Shown: positions 38,182 through 50,202, counted from the stretch's first letter. The stretch is 64,000 bases of DNA from Amoebidium appalachense (GCA_963693365.1 CAVNZM010000005.1:8784334-8848333), one strand, 5' to 3'. Notes: generated from the letters alone by a model not told the origin. A program made the numbers and translations.

Positions 38182-38432
38182 ACCAGTAGTAAGTCCTTAT
38201 CCGTGTGAAGTGATGAAAGATAGATCCTCGGATGCATGAGCTCCGTGTTAAACTTTCCCATACCACTATCGAATAGGTTGTTATAATAATTATTACCAGT
38301 GGTGCAAATTTTTAAAGTGCGAACCTCGCCGCCGTAAATGTGTCATACAAGATAAGTAATGAGTTGTGATGCACATTCGTCTTCGATGATTGACAAGATA
38401 AAGTAACGTGCCAGATGGTGTGCTGGCCTGAG

Positions 38433-39357
38433 TGTTGTAATACATAGTATTTACATATGGTAAGATCTTCTCAGTTTGTGTTATGTTTCAGTTCATATGC
38501 TTAATGTATATGCCACACTCCTATGATGTAAAGTGTAGCATCGATCTCCGATATGCTTGTATACTTGTAATCGTGTTGTATCGGCTTTAATCGTGTGTTG
38601 TAATATCGATTAGAATATTTATATGTGTGTACACGGATCCACCCACTCAGGGAGAGACGTGTACATGTTCGTGTGTACATAAATATCTCTGGTTATAGTT
38701 ATGCTATTGCTATCTTGTTTGTTGATCTGTGCTCTCTTTTCCTCCCTCTTTCTCCTTCCTTGTTTTCTTTTCTTTCTCTCCTTGTCTTCATGTGCATAAT
38801 CGTATTTCTTTTCTACTAATATATGTTAGGTAGATTTGTGTTACTTAATACGTGTTCATTGGACGGTAACACACTTAGGCTACACTTAGAATAGCATGTG
38901 TGTTTAGACTTCATTAATTTACTTTAGTTTTCATGTGTTGCCGGGCTTTAACCAATCATCAAGGTTAAGTGTGATATGTCTGAGTCTTTGCAGTATGTCA
39001 TAGGTTAGAACTTCCTTGATGATGACACGAGTTGATCTTAACTAGTGTCTGTGTCCTATCGTGTACGTCTCCGCGTACCGGATCTCTCTGAAAGCAATTG
39101 GTTATTAGTGATTGGTTTCTATTAGAGATAGATCTGATTTCCGACTGGTCGGAAATCATGTATGGATTGGACTTAGAGGAATTTCAGGTATTTATTCGAA
39201 GATCAGAATAAATTCAGTTCAGTCGTGTCTAAACATTGATGTCTGTTGTGTACACTGCTCCGATCGTTCCGTGTTTTGTTGTTGTGTGTGTCTGTGGTGT
39301 TTTCACACTGCACCACTGTGTCTCTGCTTACATCCCGAATACTTATACAATTTAACA
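38433..39357 (+). repeat. 5' LTR (925 bp)
   Basis: tgttgtaatacatag...tacaatttaaca; no difference from the 3' LTR seen by eye. Confidence 0.95.
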
Positions 39358-39419
39358 GGTTATGCAGCCCTTTTGCACGCTCCTTACACACATCTAGAAC
39401 TAGCGATCGTTTTTCAATC

Positions 39420-42317
39420 ATGGATCCAAACAAAACTGGTGTAAACAAAATAACCATGTGGAAAGGTGAAGGGAAGACTGGTCCCGATAGCAAAACCACC
39501 TATTTTCAATGGGAAATCATTTTTCTCGGCATGATGACCGGCACTAAAGGTGTCCGACTCGTGGATGTTGTACTTGCTGACAACTACGTCCCCCCTACCA
39601 CCGTCGCGGTTGACGGTGAACCCCCCTTCTACGGCTACGGCACTACCGCGGAGCTCAAGGAGGCCCGCAATTGCCTCCTGCTCCATATGATTCAGAACAT
39701 CGACCCTTCCGTGCTCACCACCGTTGCCCAGTACCGTATTGGCATGGACCCTGAACGGGCCATGTGGAAATTCCGTCAACACTACCTCCAAGGCAAACCC
39801 GATCAGATCCGCATCCTTCACCGTCAGTGGGATGCCTGTGCCCTTCAGCCCGGTGAATCATTCACCACCTACCTGAGTCGTCTGCAGACCATCGTGAACC
39901 AGCTCCAGTCCCTCCAAGATGAGTCCATTCACTTCACTCGTCTAGCTGAGAAGTTCTTCAATGAACTCACCACCAGAGACGACCTCACCCCTGAGTTCAA
40001 CCGTCTTATCGAAGACTATCACTTCGGTGATAAGCTATTCCCCGACTTCGAGTCCCTCCACAACCACGTCAAGGGCATCGAGTTACGTCAAGACCTCAAG
40101 ATGCAACTCCGGAGCAACCGTGCCCACCGTGCCTCCAAGTCCAGCATGGCATTAAATGCCAGTGCTCCCCCCCGTGATTTTCCTCGCCGTGACTTACGCA
40201 ACCGACTTGACCGTACCCCTGGCACGGACCTCCGAACTCGTCTCTCCCGTCAGCACACCCGATCCCGTTCCCCCCACCGGCCTGCCTTCCGGTCCACGTC
40301 TCGTTCCCCCAGTCGTTCCCGTTTCTCGGGTTCCCGTCGTTCTGATTCCCCGGCTCGTTCTAACAACCCGTCCGTGAAAGCATGCTCCTACTGCCACGAG
40401 CCTGATCACACGATCATCGATTGCCCCGAGCCGAAATGCCGTATGTCCAGACACAACCGTTCCCGTCAAGGCAATGAGAAATCTGTCTCCTTTGCTTTCT
40501 CGGCATACAATGCTAGCTCCGTCCCCGTGTCCTCCGACCCTGCCTGGGATTCCGGGTGCAACATGACTGTCTGCCCCACCCGTGAGTTCTTCCATGACCT
40601 CACTCCCCTTCCGACACCGACTCCCGTTGCTGCCTTCAATGGCACCCCCGTCTTGGCCACCCACACCGGCCATATCGTCATCAACACCACCACCGACCAT
40701 GGCACTGCCACCCTTACCATTGAAGCCTACTACACCCCGTCTGGCCAAGCCTTCCTCATTTCAACATCCCAAGCTGCTGCCGAATACATCAAGGGTGATT
40801 TGAATGATGCCTCCACTCCGTCATTCCTCTTCGACCGACTTACCGGCCGTCATCTCGTCAACCTCCGTCTACACAACGGTCTGTATTACTTCAAGGACTA
40901 CACCATTCAACCACCCACTCGTCCTGTGGCTCTGGCTGCCACCACCAGTGTTAACCCATCCATCTGGCACCATCGTCTGGGGCACCGTGCTATGACCAGC
41001 ATCAAGGACATGGTGAAACACGACCTTGTTATTGGTCTCCCCTCGTCTGTCCTCGACTGTGATGTTCCTGATTGTCATGGCTGCATTATGGGTAAAACCA
41101 CCAAGGCTCCGTTCAAGGGTGACCGTCCTCACTCCGACATCCCCGGTCATGAATGGCATTGGGATTTTTTTGAGCCTACCACAACATCGTACGGAGGTTC
41201 CCAGGTTGCTCTCGTCACTGTCTGCCGTGCCTCTGGCCTCGTCAAGATCTACCCGATGCCCGACCGTACAACCACCCTGGACATTCTCACAGCTCACACC
41301 AACCTCGTTGCTACCCATGCCCCCTCCAAAGTTGGTGTCTACCACTTCGACTCCGGCTCTGAGTTCACCTCCAAGGCTACCCGTGCTTTTTGCCTCTCCC
41401 AGGGCATCAAGGCCAGCTATGCTCCGGTGGACTGCCCTCAACTGAACGGCTATGTTGAACGTCGTATGCGGTTCCTCCAAGAGATTGTTCGTTGCCTCCT
41501 CCATCAAGTCCAAGATCAGTCTCTGTCCCCCAAACTGTGGGCTGAGGCCCTCCAACATGCCGCCTACATCATCAACGTCACCCCGTCCACGACTGCCAAT
41601 GGTCGTACACCATTCGAGGTTTTCTACGGTGTCAAGCCCGACATCTCCGAGCTCAAAGTGTTCGGTTGCCCTGCCTACACTCATGTGCCAGCCTCTAAAC
41701 GGAACAAGCTGGCCCCCACCGTCAAACTCGGCATGTATATCGGCTATGATCTTCAATCACACTGCCACCGGATCTTCAACCCCACCACCCATCGTGTCGG
41801 CCTCTTCCGTGACGTGATTTTCGACGAATCAGCTTATCTCCCGTCCGACATTCCATCAACACTTCCGACCCCCGACACCACTGCTACCTCGACTACCCCA
41901 CCACCCAAAGTTGACACTGAAGATGATGTTTGTCTGGTGTACTCTGGCCCCCCTCCTGCCATCGTCGTTCCCCCGACACCCCCCCCCCCACCGGCCCCCC
42001 TGCCCCCGTGCCCGTCCAGCCTGCCGACCCTCATCCTGCCCCTGGCAACGTCACACCCATCCGACCCGGCTCCCCCGACAACTTCCACTCGGCCCCGTCC
42101 AGCCCGGAGGTTGCCCCCCCTGCCATTCCGAACTTCCAAGTTCCCCCCCCCCCCCGTCTCCACCTCCCCCGGTTCCTGCACCCCGTCGTTCTGCTCGTCT
42201 ACAGGGCAAGGTTGGACTTCAAGCCACCACCACCCTGCCAATCCCCCCCGGTCCCCCCATCAACATCGACCAACTACCCAAACTTGTCCGTCAACTGTGT
42301 TCCGGACCCAATGGTGA
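39420..42317 (+). CDS. Copia Gag-protease-integrase portion of the polyprotein
   Basis: ATG at 39420 (MDPNKTG). CCHC knuckle CSYCHEPDHTIIDC; protease WDSGC; IN zinc finger WHHRLGH..CHGC; DDE core (WHWD, FDSGSEF, NGYVER); SH3-like LKVFGCPAY. The frame shifts within C-runs near 41980-42155. Confidence 0.92.
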   Translation: MDPNKTGVNKITMWKGEGKTGPDSKTTYFQWEIIFLGMMTGTKGVRLVDVVLADNYVPPTTVAVDGEPPFYGYGTTAELKEARNCLLLHMIQNIDPSVLTTVAQYRIGMDPERAMWKFRQHYLQGKPDQIRILHRQWDACALQPGESFTTYLSRLQTIVNQLQSLQDESIHFTRLAEKFFNELTTRDDLTPEFNRLIEDYHFGDKLFPDFESLHNHVKGIELRQDLKMQLRSNRAHRASKSSMALNASAPPRDFPRRDLRNRLDRTPGTDLRTRLSRQHTRSRSPHRPAFRSTSRSPSRSRFSGSRRSDSPARSNNPSVKACSYCHEPDHTIIDCPEPKCRMSRHNRSRQGNEKSVSFAFSAYNASSVPVSSDPAWDSGCNMTVCPTREFFHDLTPLPTPTPVAAFNGTPVLATHTGHIVINTTTDHGTATLTIEAYYTPSGQAFLISTSQAAAEYIKGDLNDASTPSFLFDRLTGRHLVNLRLHNGLYYFKDYTIQPPTRPVALAATTSVNPSIWHHRLGHRAMTSIKDMVKHDLVIGLPSSVLDCDVPDCHGCIMGKTTKAPFKGDRPHSDIPGHEWHWDFFEPTTTSYGGSQVALVTVCRASGLVKIYPMPDRTTTLDILTAHTNLVATHAPSKVGVYHFDSGSEFTSKATRAFCLSQGIKASYAPVDCPQLNGYVERRMRFLQEIVRCLLHQVQDQSLSPKLWAEALQHAAYIINVTPSTTANGRTPFEVFYGVKPDISELKVFGCPAYTHVPASKRNKLAPTVKLGMYIGYDLQSHCHRIFNPTTHRVGLFRDVIFDESAYLPSDIPSTLPTPDTTATSTTPPPKVDTEDDVCLVYSGPPPAIVVPPTPPPPPAPLPPCPSSLPTLILPLATSHPSDPAPPTTSTRPRPARRLPPLPFRTSKFPPPPVSTSPGSCTPSFCSSTGQGWTSSHHHPANPPRSPHQHRPTTQTCPSTVFRTQW

Positions 42318-43857
42318 CCAGGTCAAGTCAGCCCTCACTGCTGAGTATCAAGCCTTCGTCGACAAAGACATCTTTGAACTTGTTGACCCTCCCCCTGGTG
42401 CTAACATCGTCGGCTTCAAGTGGATTGTCTCCGAGAAAACTCTCAACTCGGCTGGTGACACCAAGATCAAGGCCCGTGGTGTTGCTCAAGGCTTCAGTCA
42501 GCAATACGGTGTTGACTATGAGTTGATCGAGAGCCCTGTCATCCGTCCGGCTGCTCTCCGTGCTATCCTAGCTCTGGCCGTTGTTGAAGGCCATGACATC
42601 CATCAACTCGACGTGTCTACGGCCTTTCTCAACAGCCCACTCACCGAGACCATCTACATGAAACAACCCCCGGGATTCATCACCATGGCCACACTTGGCA
42701 AGGTCTGGAGACTCAAGAAAGCCCTGTACGGCCTCAAGCAAGCCTCCAAGGCTTGGTACGACTTCCTCGACGGCATTCTTCTTGCCCATGGCCTGACCCG
42801 TACTAAGACCGACCCGTGCATCTACCTCCGGTTCTTCCCCAACAACGATGTGGTTCGGGCTGGTAACTACGTCGACGACTCCACCATCACCAACACCCGG
42901 GGTTCTACTGCTGCCAGTGACCTGGCTGCCCACATCAGCAAGATGGCCAGCTGTCGTATGAGTCCATTTGACCGTATGCTCGGTGTTGATTTTAATCACT
43001 CTGATCCCCATCACCTCCACATGCACCAGAGGTCTTACATCATGGATATCATCCACGACTTCAACCTCACCGATGCCAAGTCCAAGTCTACCCCCATCCC
43101 TGCAGGCACCACCGTCTCCCTGGCTGACTGCCCCCCCCAACCGTTCACCGAGCCCTACCGTGAGTTACTCGGCCGTCTCCTCTGGGTGGCACGGTGCACA
43201 CGTCCCGACATTGCCTATGCCATCGGCTTCCTTGGTCGGTTCAGCACCAACCCCGGCAAGACTCACTGGGACCTTCTCCGTCGTGTGGCCCGGTACCTGC
43301 TCGGCACCATTGACCTTGGCATTGACTACAAGTACTCGGCCACCCAGCCCCCCATACTCGAATGCTACACGGATGCTGACTTTGCTGGTTGTGCCGACAG
43401 CAAGAAGTCTACCACCGGCTACATCATCGAGTTTGCTGGTATGCCCATCATCTGGTACTCCAAGCTCCAGCCCATCACGGCCACCAGCACCACTGAAGCT
43501 GAGCTGATTGCTCTCAATGCTGGCACCCAAGAAGTTGCTTGGGTCCGTGACCTCTTCAAGGAACTCGGCTGCCCCATGCTTGCTCCGACTCCGGTGCACT
43601 GTGACAACCAGTCGACCATTGCCATCGTCAACTCCACCGGCATCAAGCACCGTACCAAACACATTGCCGTCCGGTATCACAACACCAAGGACTACATTGC
43701 CAGTGGGGATGTGGTTGTCCACTACGTTGAGTCAGCCCACAACTTAGCTGACATCCTCACCAAACCCCTCCCCGGCCCGTCATATCACCCATCGTGCCCG
43801 ACTTTGTTTGCCGGATATTGTGGATTGACCCGTCCTACTTCAAGAGTGATTTTCTAA
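41911..43857 (+). CDS. Copia reverse transcriptase-RNase H portion of the polyprotein
   Basis: RRSARLQG, KARGVAQG, QLDVSTAFLN, LKKALYGLKQA, YVDD, YTDADFAG, STTEAE, CDNQS, ADILTKPL. It continues the upstream ORF after a homopolymer frameshift. Confidence 0.92.
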   Translation: MTLKMMFVWCTLAPLLPSSFPRHPPPHRPPCPRARPACRPSSCPWQRHTHPTRLPRQLPLGPVQPGGCPPCHSELPSSPPPPSPPPPVPAPRRSARLQGKVGLQATTTLPIPPGPPINIDQLPKLVRQLCSGPNGDQVKSALTAEYQAFVDKDIFELVDPPPGANIVGFKWIVSEKTLNSAGDTKIKARGVAQGFSQQYGVDYELIESPVIRPAALRAILALAVVEGHDIHQLDVSTAFLNSPLTETIYMKQPPGFITMATLGKVWRLKKALYGLKQASKAWYDFLDGILLAHGLTRTKTDPCIYLRFFPNNDVVRAGNYVDDSTITNTRGSTAASDLAAHISKMASCRMSPFDRMLGVDFNHSDPHHLHMHQRSYIMDIIHDFNLTDAKSKSTPIPAGTTVSLADCPPQPFTEPYRELLGRLLWVARCTRPDIAYAIGFLGRFSTNPGKTHWDLLRRVARYLLGTIDLGIDYKYSATQPPILECYTDADFAGCADSKKSTTGYIIEFAGMPIIWYSKLQPITATSTTEAELIALNAGTQEVAWVRDLFKELGCPMLAPTPVHCDNQSTIAIVNSTGIKHRTKHIAVRYHNTKDYIASGDVVVHYVESAHNLADILTKPLPGPSYHPSCPTLFAGYCGLTRPTSRVIF

Positions 43858-44111
43858 TGTTTACTACCTACTTTATCATAATCATTATTTCATATGTATA
43901 TTGCCTTTGTGGGTATGCCCACTTAGGGTTTTATATAAGGTTTGACCTGTACCATGACTCTACTCTATCTTTCACTGGTTTAAAACCCAGTTAATCAAAC
44001 CCCGACCATACACGTTATACATATTCGTTGTTTTTGCCCCGGTTCCTTCCCCCCCCCCCCCCCTCCCCCCCCCCTCCCCCCCCTTCCCCCCCCCCCCTTC
44101 CCCCCCCCCCT

Positions 44112-44150
<39 letters not shown>

Positions 44151-44268
44151 AAACGTACACACTTTAATTTTTTTTTTCTTCCTCTTTTTCGTTTCTGTTC
44201 TCAAGTGGGGAGATTTCACTAGTTCAGTGGGGATATGATAACACAAACTTCAAAGTCTTAAGTGGGGA

Positions 44269-45193
44269 TGTTGTAATACATAGTATTTACATATGGTAAG
44301 ATCTTCTCAGTTTGTGTTATGTTTCAGTTCATATGCTTAATGTATATGCCACACTCCTATGATGTAAAGTGTAGCATCGATCTCCGATATGCTTGTATAC
44401 TTGTAATCGTGTTGTATCGGCTTTAATCGTGTGTTGTAATATCGATTAGAATATTTATATGTGTGTACACGGATCCACCCACTCAGGGAGAGACGTGTAC
44501 ATGTTCGTGTGTACATAAATATCTCTGGTTATAGTTATGCTATTGCTATCTTGTTTGTTGATCTGTGCTCTCTTTTCCTCCCTCTTTCTCCTTCCTTGTT
44601 TTCTTTTCTTTCTCTCCTTGTCTTCATGTGCATAATCGTATTTCTTTTCTACTAATATATGTTAGGTAGATTTGTGTTACTTAATACGTGTTCATTGGAC
44701 GGTAACACACTTAGGCTACACTTAGAATAGCATGTGTGTTTAGACTTCATTAATTTACTTTAGTTTTCATGTGTTGCCGGGCTTTAACCAATCATCAAGG
44801 TTAAGTGTGATATGTCTGAGTCTTTGCAGTATGTCATAGGTTAGAACTTCCTTGATGATGACACGAGTTGATCTTAACTAGTGTCTGTGTCCTATCGTGT
44901 ACGTCTCCGCGTACCGGATCTCTCTGAAAGCAATTGGTTATTAGTGATTGGTTTCTATTAGAGATAGATCTGATTTCCGACTGGTCGGAAATCATGTATG
45001 GATTGGACTTAGAGGAATTTCAGGTATTTATTCGAAGATCAGAATAAATTCAGTTCAGTCGTGTCTAAACATTGATGTCTGTTGTGTACACTGCTCCGAT
45101 CGTTCCGTGTTTTGTTGTTGTGTGTGTCTGTGGTGTTTTCACACTGCACCACTGTGTCTCTGCTTACATCCCGAATACTTATACAATTTAACA
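44269..45193 (+). repeat. 3' LTR (925 bp)
   Basis: Direct repeat of 38433-39357 at offset 5836, followed by the TSD CTGAG. Confidence 0.95.
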
Positions 45194-45276
45194 CTGAGTA
45201 ATTTAAAAGCCACAATTGCAAAATTCAATGTGATGGGCCGGGATAATGGAATCCGATAGTATATATGGCCGCGATG

Positions 45277-45359
45277 GTTTGAAGATTAATGTACAGATAT
45301 GATATGCGTTGGATATTGTTTGAAGATTAATGTGCAGATGTAGATATACGTTGGATATG
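45277..45359. repeat. ~42-bp tandem duplication (2 copies)
   Basis: gtttgaagattaatgt(a/g)cagat...cgttggatat occurs twice. Confidence 0.8.
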
Positions 45360-45517
45360 CCCACAGGCTTACGCCTGCAGGGGCGAGGCAAAAGCATCCC
45401 TTTCGTTAATATTCTTAAACCACCCGTGGTCTGAAAGAACGAATCTCCCCGATGCATATGCCCCCCCTCCATCCTTTTCCTCCACCCCCCCCCCCCCCCC
45501 CTCCCCCCCTCCCCCTC

Positions 45518-45571
<54 letters not shown>

Positions 45572-46638
45572 ACCGATGCACACACACACACAAACACACG
45601 TCTACACCTACACGCTAGAGTCCCCCTCCCCCCTCCCCCCTTTGCTCACAAAAGCAAAACCCTGCGCCATCACCGTGTGCCCAAATTGCATTTTTTCTCA
45701 GGGCACCCAGCAAATATCTGACCCAGAGATATGTAATGTATGTTGCAACTTTTTTTTGGCTCGCAAAGCTTCCCGCCCAAATGTCTATATTTTGCTAATT
45801 GTGCGATAGCGCGAATATTGTTGGTCCATACATAATTTTTTGTGATTCCAATATTCCTATTTTTTTTTTAGTTTTATATTCTGACGGGCATAAAATTATT
45901 TAACGTAAGCGATTCCTGCATGCACACCCACAATCTGCCGTGGCTCCAAAAAGGTGTTCTGTTTCAAAGCCACGTCGACTAAGACAGGGCCAAGGGACCA
46001 CACTTAGACTCCACATACGACACACAGATTTCCTGTCGTACTTACTCCGTACTCTCTTCAAGCCCTCTCTCTGCTGTCCCTCTACCCCACCTCACCCAAA
46101 CAGAATTCAAATTCAACTTACATAACAATGACCCCTCCCCCTCCCCCCCCCCCCCCCCCTTTCCCCCCCCCCCCTCCCCCCCTCCCCCCCCCCCCCCCCC
46201 CCCCCCCCACCCTTCCCCTTCCCCACCCACCCCCCCGTCCCCCTCGGAGGGCCATGTGCAAGTCACTTTTTGGGTTTGTCTTTTGTGTATTTTCTTTTAA
46301 AATTTTGTCGTTTTTCAATTCTTTTGCTTCCATGGTTGCCACCCTCTCTAATGCTTTCATCGCCCCCCCCCCCCCCCCCCCCTCCCCCCTCCCCTTCCTC
46401 TGCCTCCCCCCCCCCTTCCCTCCCTCCCCTCCCTCTAATAATCACTTTCCCGCCTCCCCCCCTCCCCTCCCCTCCCCCCTCCCGCTCCCTCCGCTTCTCC
46501 CATCCCATCCCCTCCCTCTTCGCATTCTCCTCCTCCCCCCCCCCCCCCCCCCCCCCTTCCCCTCTCCCCCCCCCCTCCCCCCTCTCCCCCCTCCCACTGG
46601 CCCCCACACCCATACACCCACTCCTTATATCTACACGG

Positions 46639-46767
46639 CGTTCGATGAGTGTGCAGCAAAGACACACAACTGCGCATAGAAGGCTCAGTGCAAGGGCACG
46701 GCTTCAAGGGCTTCCTTCACGTGTACCTGCAAATTAGGCTACAGCGGAGACGGGTCAAACTGCACAG
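46639..46767 (+). pseudogene. Orphan calcium-binding EGF-like domain pseudo-exon
   Basis: FDECAAKTHNCA*KAQCKGTASRASFTCTCKLGYSGDGSNCT has six Cys in EGF spacing. It is a phase 1-1 exon with an intact donor G|GTACGT, an acceptor reading 'acacgg' instead of 'acacag', and an in-frame TAG at 46677-46679. Confidence 0.8.
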
Positions 46768-47227
46768 GTACGTTAAATTCTTTGATTTTGTTGTTAAGTT
46801 TTATCCTGTGTGCGTACGACGGTTCTGGGTCCGTACGATCTGATGCAGTCACGTGTGTGTTGTTACCGGGGACTGTAATGAGCGGTGGAGATCGGTAGAA
46901 TCGTCAACGTTTTCACCGTTTTCATTCAAAGTTTTCTTCCGTATTTCTGTATTTGGGTGGGTACAAACTCTATACAAGTTATGGGTGCACAATTTTTGTG
47001 ACGTGGTACATTTGAGTAACTTTTGTGGTATCAAAATTGAATTATCACGAGTGCAGTGGATACTTTGTTTAATTTGTATCAAAATAATGTTTTTGTGATT
47101 TTAGCCACAACGGTTTTGAGGAGACTGATGGACGTGTTGACGTGTTGGTAGGGGTAGGCGTGAAGAGAGTGTATGTGCTCATGTCTGAATCAGTGCTTAC
47201 GTGTGTGCATGTGTGCTTGTGCTCTCT

Positions 47228-47377
<150 letters not shown>

Positions 47378-47386
47378 CGTGCGCGC

Positions 47387-47418
<32 letters not shown>

Positions 47419-50040
47419 TCTCTCTCTCCCTCCCTCCTTCCAAACCAGGGTTGTTCTCAGTTTAAGGTTTAAATCTTTTGTCGTCGTTTTAATTCTGGCA
47501 GTCCGGGGTTTCTCTAAATATTCGTGTGTTTCTGAAGCCATTTTTGCTGGGGAGGCTTCGGAAGTGGGTTGCTTTCTTCCTCAATCTTTCTTCCCTCTTG
47601 CTCTTCTATAGCTATAGCTATAAGTTTCATGCCCTTTTCTTTTTTTGCTTCTCCCTTTCTTTTCCCATCTTTTTTCTTTTTTTGATCGTTTCTTTTCCCT
47701 GTATGTACTGTGTTTCAGGTTCGTCTCTAAAAGTTTCTTCTTTCTTTCCTTTTCTCTGCCGTTCTTTTTTTTCTGTACTCTTTGTTTGGTTGAAGAAAGG
47801 AAGGAGGGAGGGGGTTGGGGTGATCAGGGGTGGGGGGGGGGGAAGGGGGGGGGGGGGGGGGGTGCGCAGTGGCGGGCGATAATTAAGAGACCATATTTTG
47901 TCCATGTAACAGTTAATTTCTTGTACAATAACTAGATGTATGGTACTGACTTGAATACCGTGGATCATATATTATAACTACCCAAATGAACCATGCATGT
48001 AATAGTACATAATGTCTAAAAATAAACACCACGACTTTCGGAACCCCCCCCCCCTCCCCCCCCCCCGCGATCGGTCCCCCTCCTCCCTCTTCCCCCCTTC
48101 CTCCCTCCTCCCCCCCCTCCCCCCCCCCCCCCCCCAACCAACCAATAACAAACAGATAAATAGGAAAGGCCCCCTCGGGCAACCCCCCCCCCCCCCTCCC
48201 CCCTTCCTCTCTGCCCCTCGTGCACAACCGGACACGTACACATCTTCTCGTAAACAGGGTGTGAGCATTGTATAAGCGCATTAGGCGCCCAGGCCGGAGG
48301 GGGGCCGGGGGAGGGGGGAGAGGGGGGGGTTGAGTGGGTGGGTTGGGGTGGGGGGGGGGGGGGGGGGAGGGGGAGGGGAGGGGGGAGGGGGGGGGGGGAG
48401 GGGCGGAGGGGGAGGGAAGGTGTGTGTACGTGTGTGTGTGTGGGCGGGGGGGGGGGGGGGGGGGAGGGGGGGAGGGGGGGGGGGGGGGGGGGGCGGGAAT
48501 GCAGGGAGGAGGGGGGCGGGGAGGGAAGTGTCGGCACACTGAAAGAGGTGGGTGAGAAAAAGCGAGGGCGGAGGCGGCAATGAGCTATTCATAGATAGCC
48601 CAGGCGCCCGGCCTGATTTGGATACATGCGTTTTTAGAAAGAGGAGACTAAATTTAGGTATGGTTGTGCCTGAGAAGGTTCGCCTGTATGCACTAAAATA
48701 GAGCAATGGCATGGCAAAGTGCGAAGCAACTGGCAACTTCACCGGATCTTATCGCTTTGGACATTTCAGCCAATCGGGTTTGGGGATCTGCGTCGACCAA
48801 TAGTAAGCCACTTGTTTGGGATCAATGTTGGCGGTGTTTGTCCATTGAAATATGAAACGTTTGTTGTAGAAAACTAAGTCTGTGGCATAAGGAATTTTTA
48901 TTACCTAGAAGAGCTAAAATTGTAATCATGATGATTATAACGATTGGTTTCGTCAGCCACCGTAGATCGGCACTCGGCAGTACCAATTATTAGATCTAAC
49001 CTACAGTACTGGACAGACGAGTCGAACACCCCTTTTTATTGTATTTAGTAAGTGGATTGCAGAGATTTACATATAATATAATTATTGAGTGTAGCTTTTG
49101 ATATGACTAAATTTTTTTTTCTAATACTAACACGGCCATGATAATGAAATGAATATGGCCATGGGATATGCAATAATTAAACGCACACACGTTTTCTTCG
49201 ATTGGTGTCTTCACGTGTGAGATGCACCAATAAGCAGCCTTGCAGATAAGCGCCTCAAGATCCGCCAATGTTAGCGGCCCGCTAAAGATCGGGGCATCTC
49301 GGATTGGTGAAGGGGGGCAGTAAGATCTTAGAAATTGTGGAGAGTAATTTGTCAAACTTTGCGTGTGGCCTTTGAAGAAACCGCCGGCCGAGCAGCTCAG
49401 TTGCTCCAAGCCGAGGCTCGTGCCGCTGACCAACCGCGCCACTGTTATAATGCTCTTTCTCTCTCTCTCTTTTGTATTAGGTACGAAAAACCGTTGTCAG
49501 AATCAACGAACCAAGCAACCCTGATGGGTAGCTATAGCTGTTAACGTTATTGTACCTAAAATAAGAAATCTTTAGCTAGCTAGCTAGGGTCCGGGATCCG
49601 GACGGCCAGCTAGGTGTACACGGCATTGTAGGTTCGCAGGTGAATACGCTTCTGAGCTGGAAGCGCTAGCTGATCACAGCAATATTAATGCCAATGCTCT
49701 CCCTTTATGACCACTAACCATTGTGTATTGCTTTTTATGAGCCACATCGATCGATATTGATGCACACATATGGCTATGGTGTGGTATACATATAGCAGCT
49801 AACCTTGATCAATTGATCGCAGTGATTGTGGCCACAATTGTATCTCCGTACATGTGTGTCTCGTAGCTTATCAAAATAAGTATATCCACATATATAAAAT
49901 ATAAGCAGCAGCACTGGCGGAGCCGCGTTGCAATACACTCTTTTGAAAACGCTTGAAGTAAGTAAGCCCCTTACAGAAGCATCGTCGTGATCGATAACTG
50001 GAATATTCGCCGGATCTTTTGCCGCGCTCATCTTCATTTT

Positions 50041-50098
50041 GATTGGTCTAGGGTCAATCCATTGTTCGGCGTTAGCTTCATGCCACCGGACTATAAAA
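50041..50098 (+). promoter_or_regulatory. Putative core promoter of the UNC-93-like gene (inverted CCAAT + TATA)
   Basis: gattgg at 50041 and TATAAAA at 50092-50098, ~105 nt upstream of the ATG. Confidence 0.45.
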
Positions 50099-50202
50099 CG
50101 CACCTTTCTCGTCAGAAGAAGTCATACAGACACACCTGTATTCACACACACACCAACAAACAAACACGTATACAGAGGCCCCAGTGGGTAAAAAACATCA
50201 CC

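Larger units (their letters stand above)
38433..45193 (+). mobile_element. Full-length Ty1/Copia LTR retrotransposon
   Basis: TG...CA LTRs at 38433-39357 and 44269-45193. 5-bp TSD CTGAG at 38428-38432 and 45194-45198. PBS ggttatgcagccc directly after the 5' LTR; PPT aagtgggga before the 3' LTR. Domain order Gag-PR-IN-RT-RH. Confidence 0.97.

Noticed and set aside
41975-42160. Programmed frameshift between integrase and RT
   Set aside because: Copia IN and RT are normally in one frame. The shift lies in C homopolymers, so a sequencing error or slippage mutation is more likely.
39414-43722. Long antisense ORFs within the Copia (and 50938-51639 opposite the MFS gene)
   Set aside because: They are shadows of strong C-ending codon bias on the sense strand.
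45277-45359. CRISPR-like or regulatory array
   Set aside because: There are only two adjacent copies with no spacers, in a eukaryotic context; this is a simple tandem duplication.
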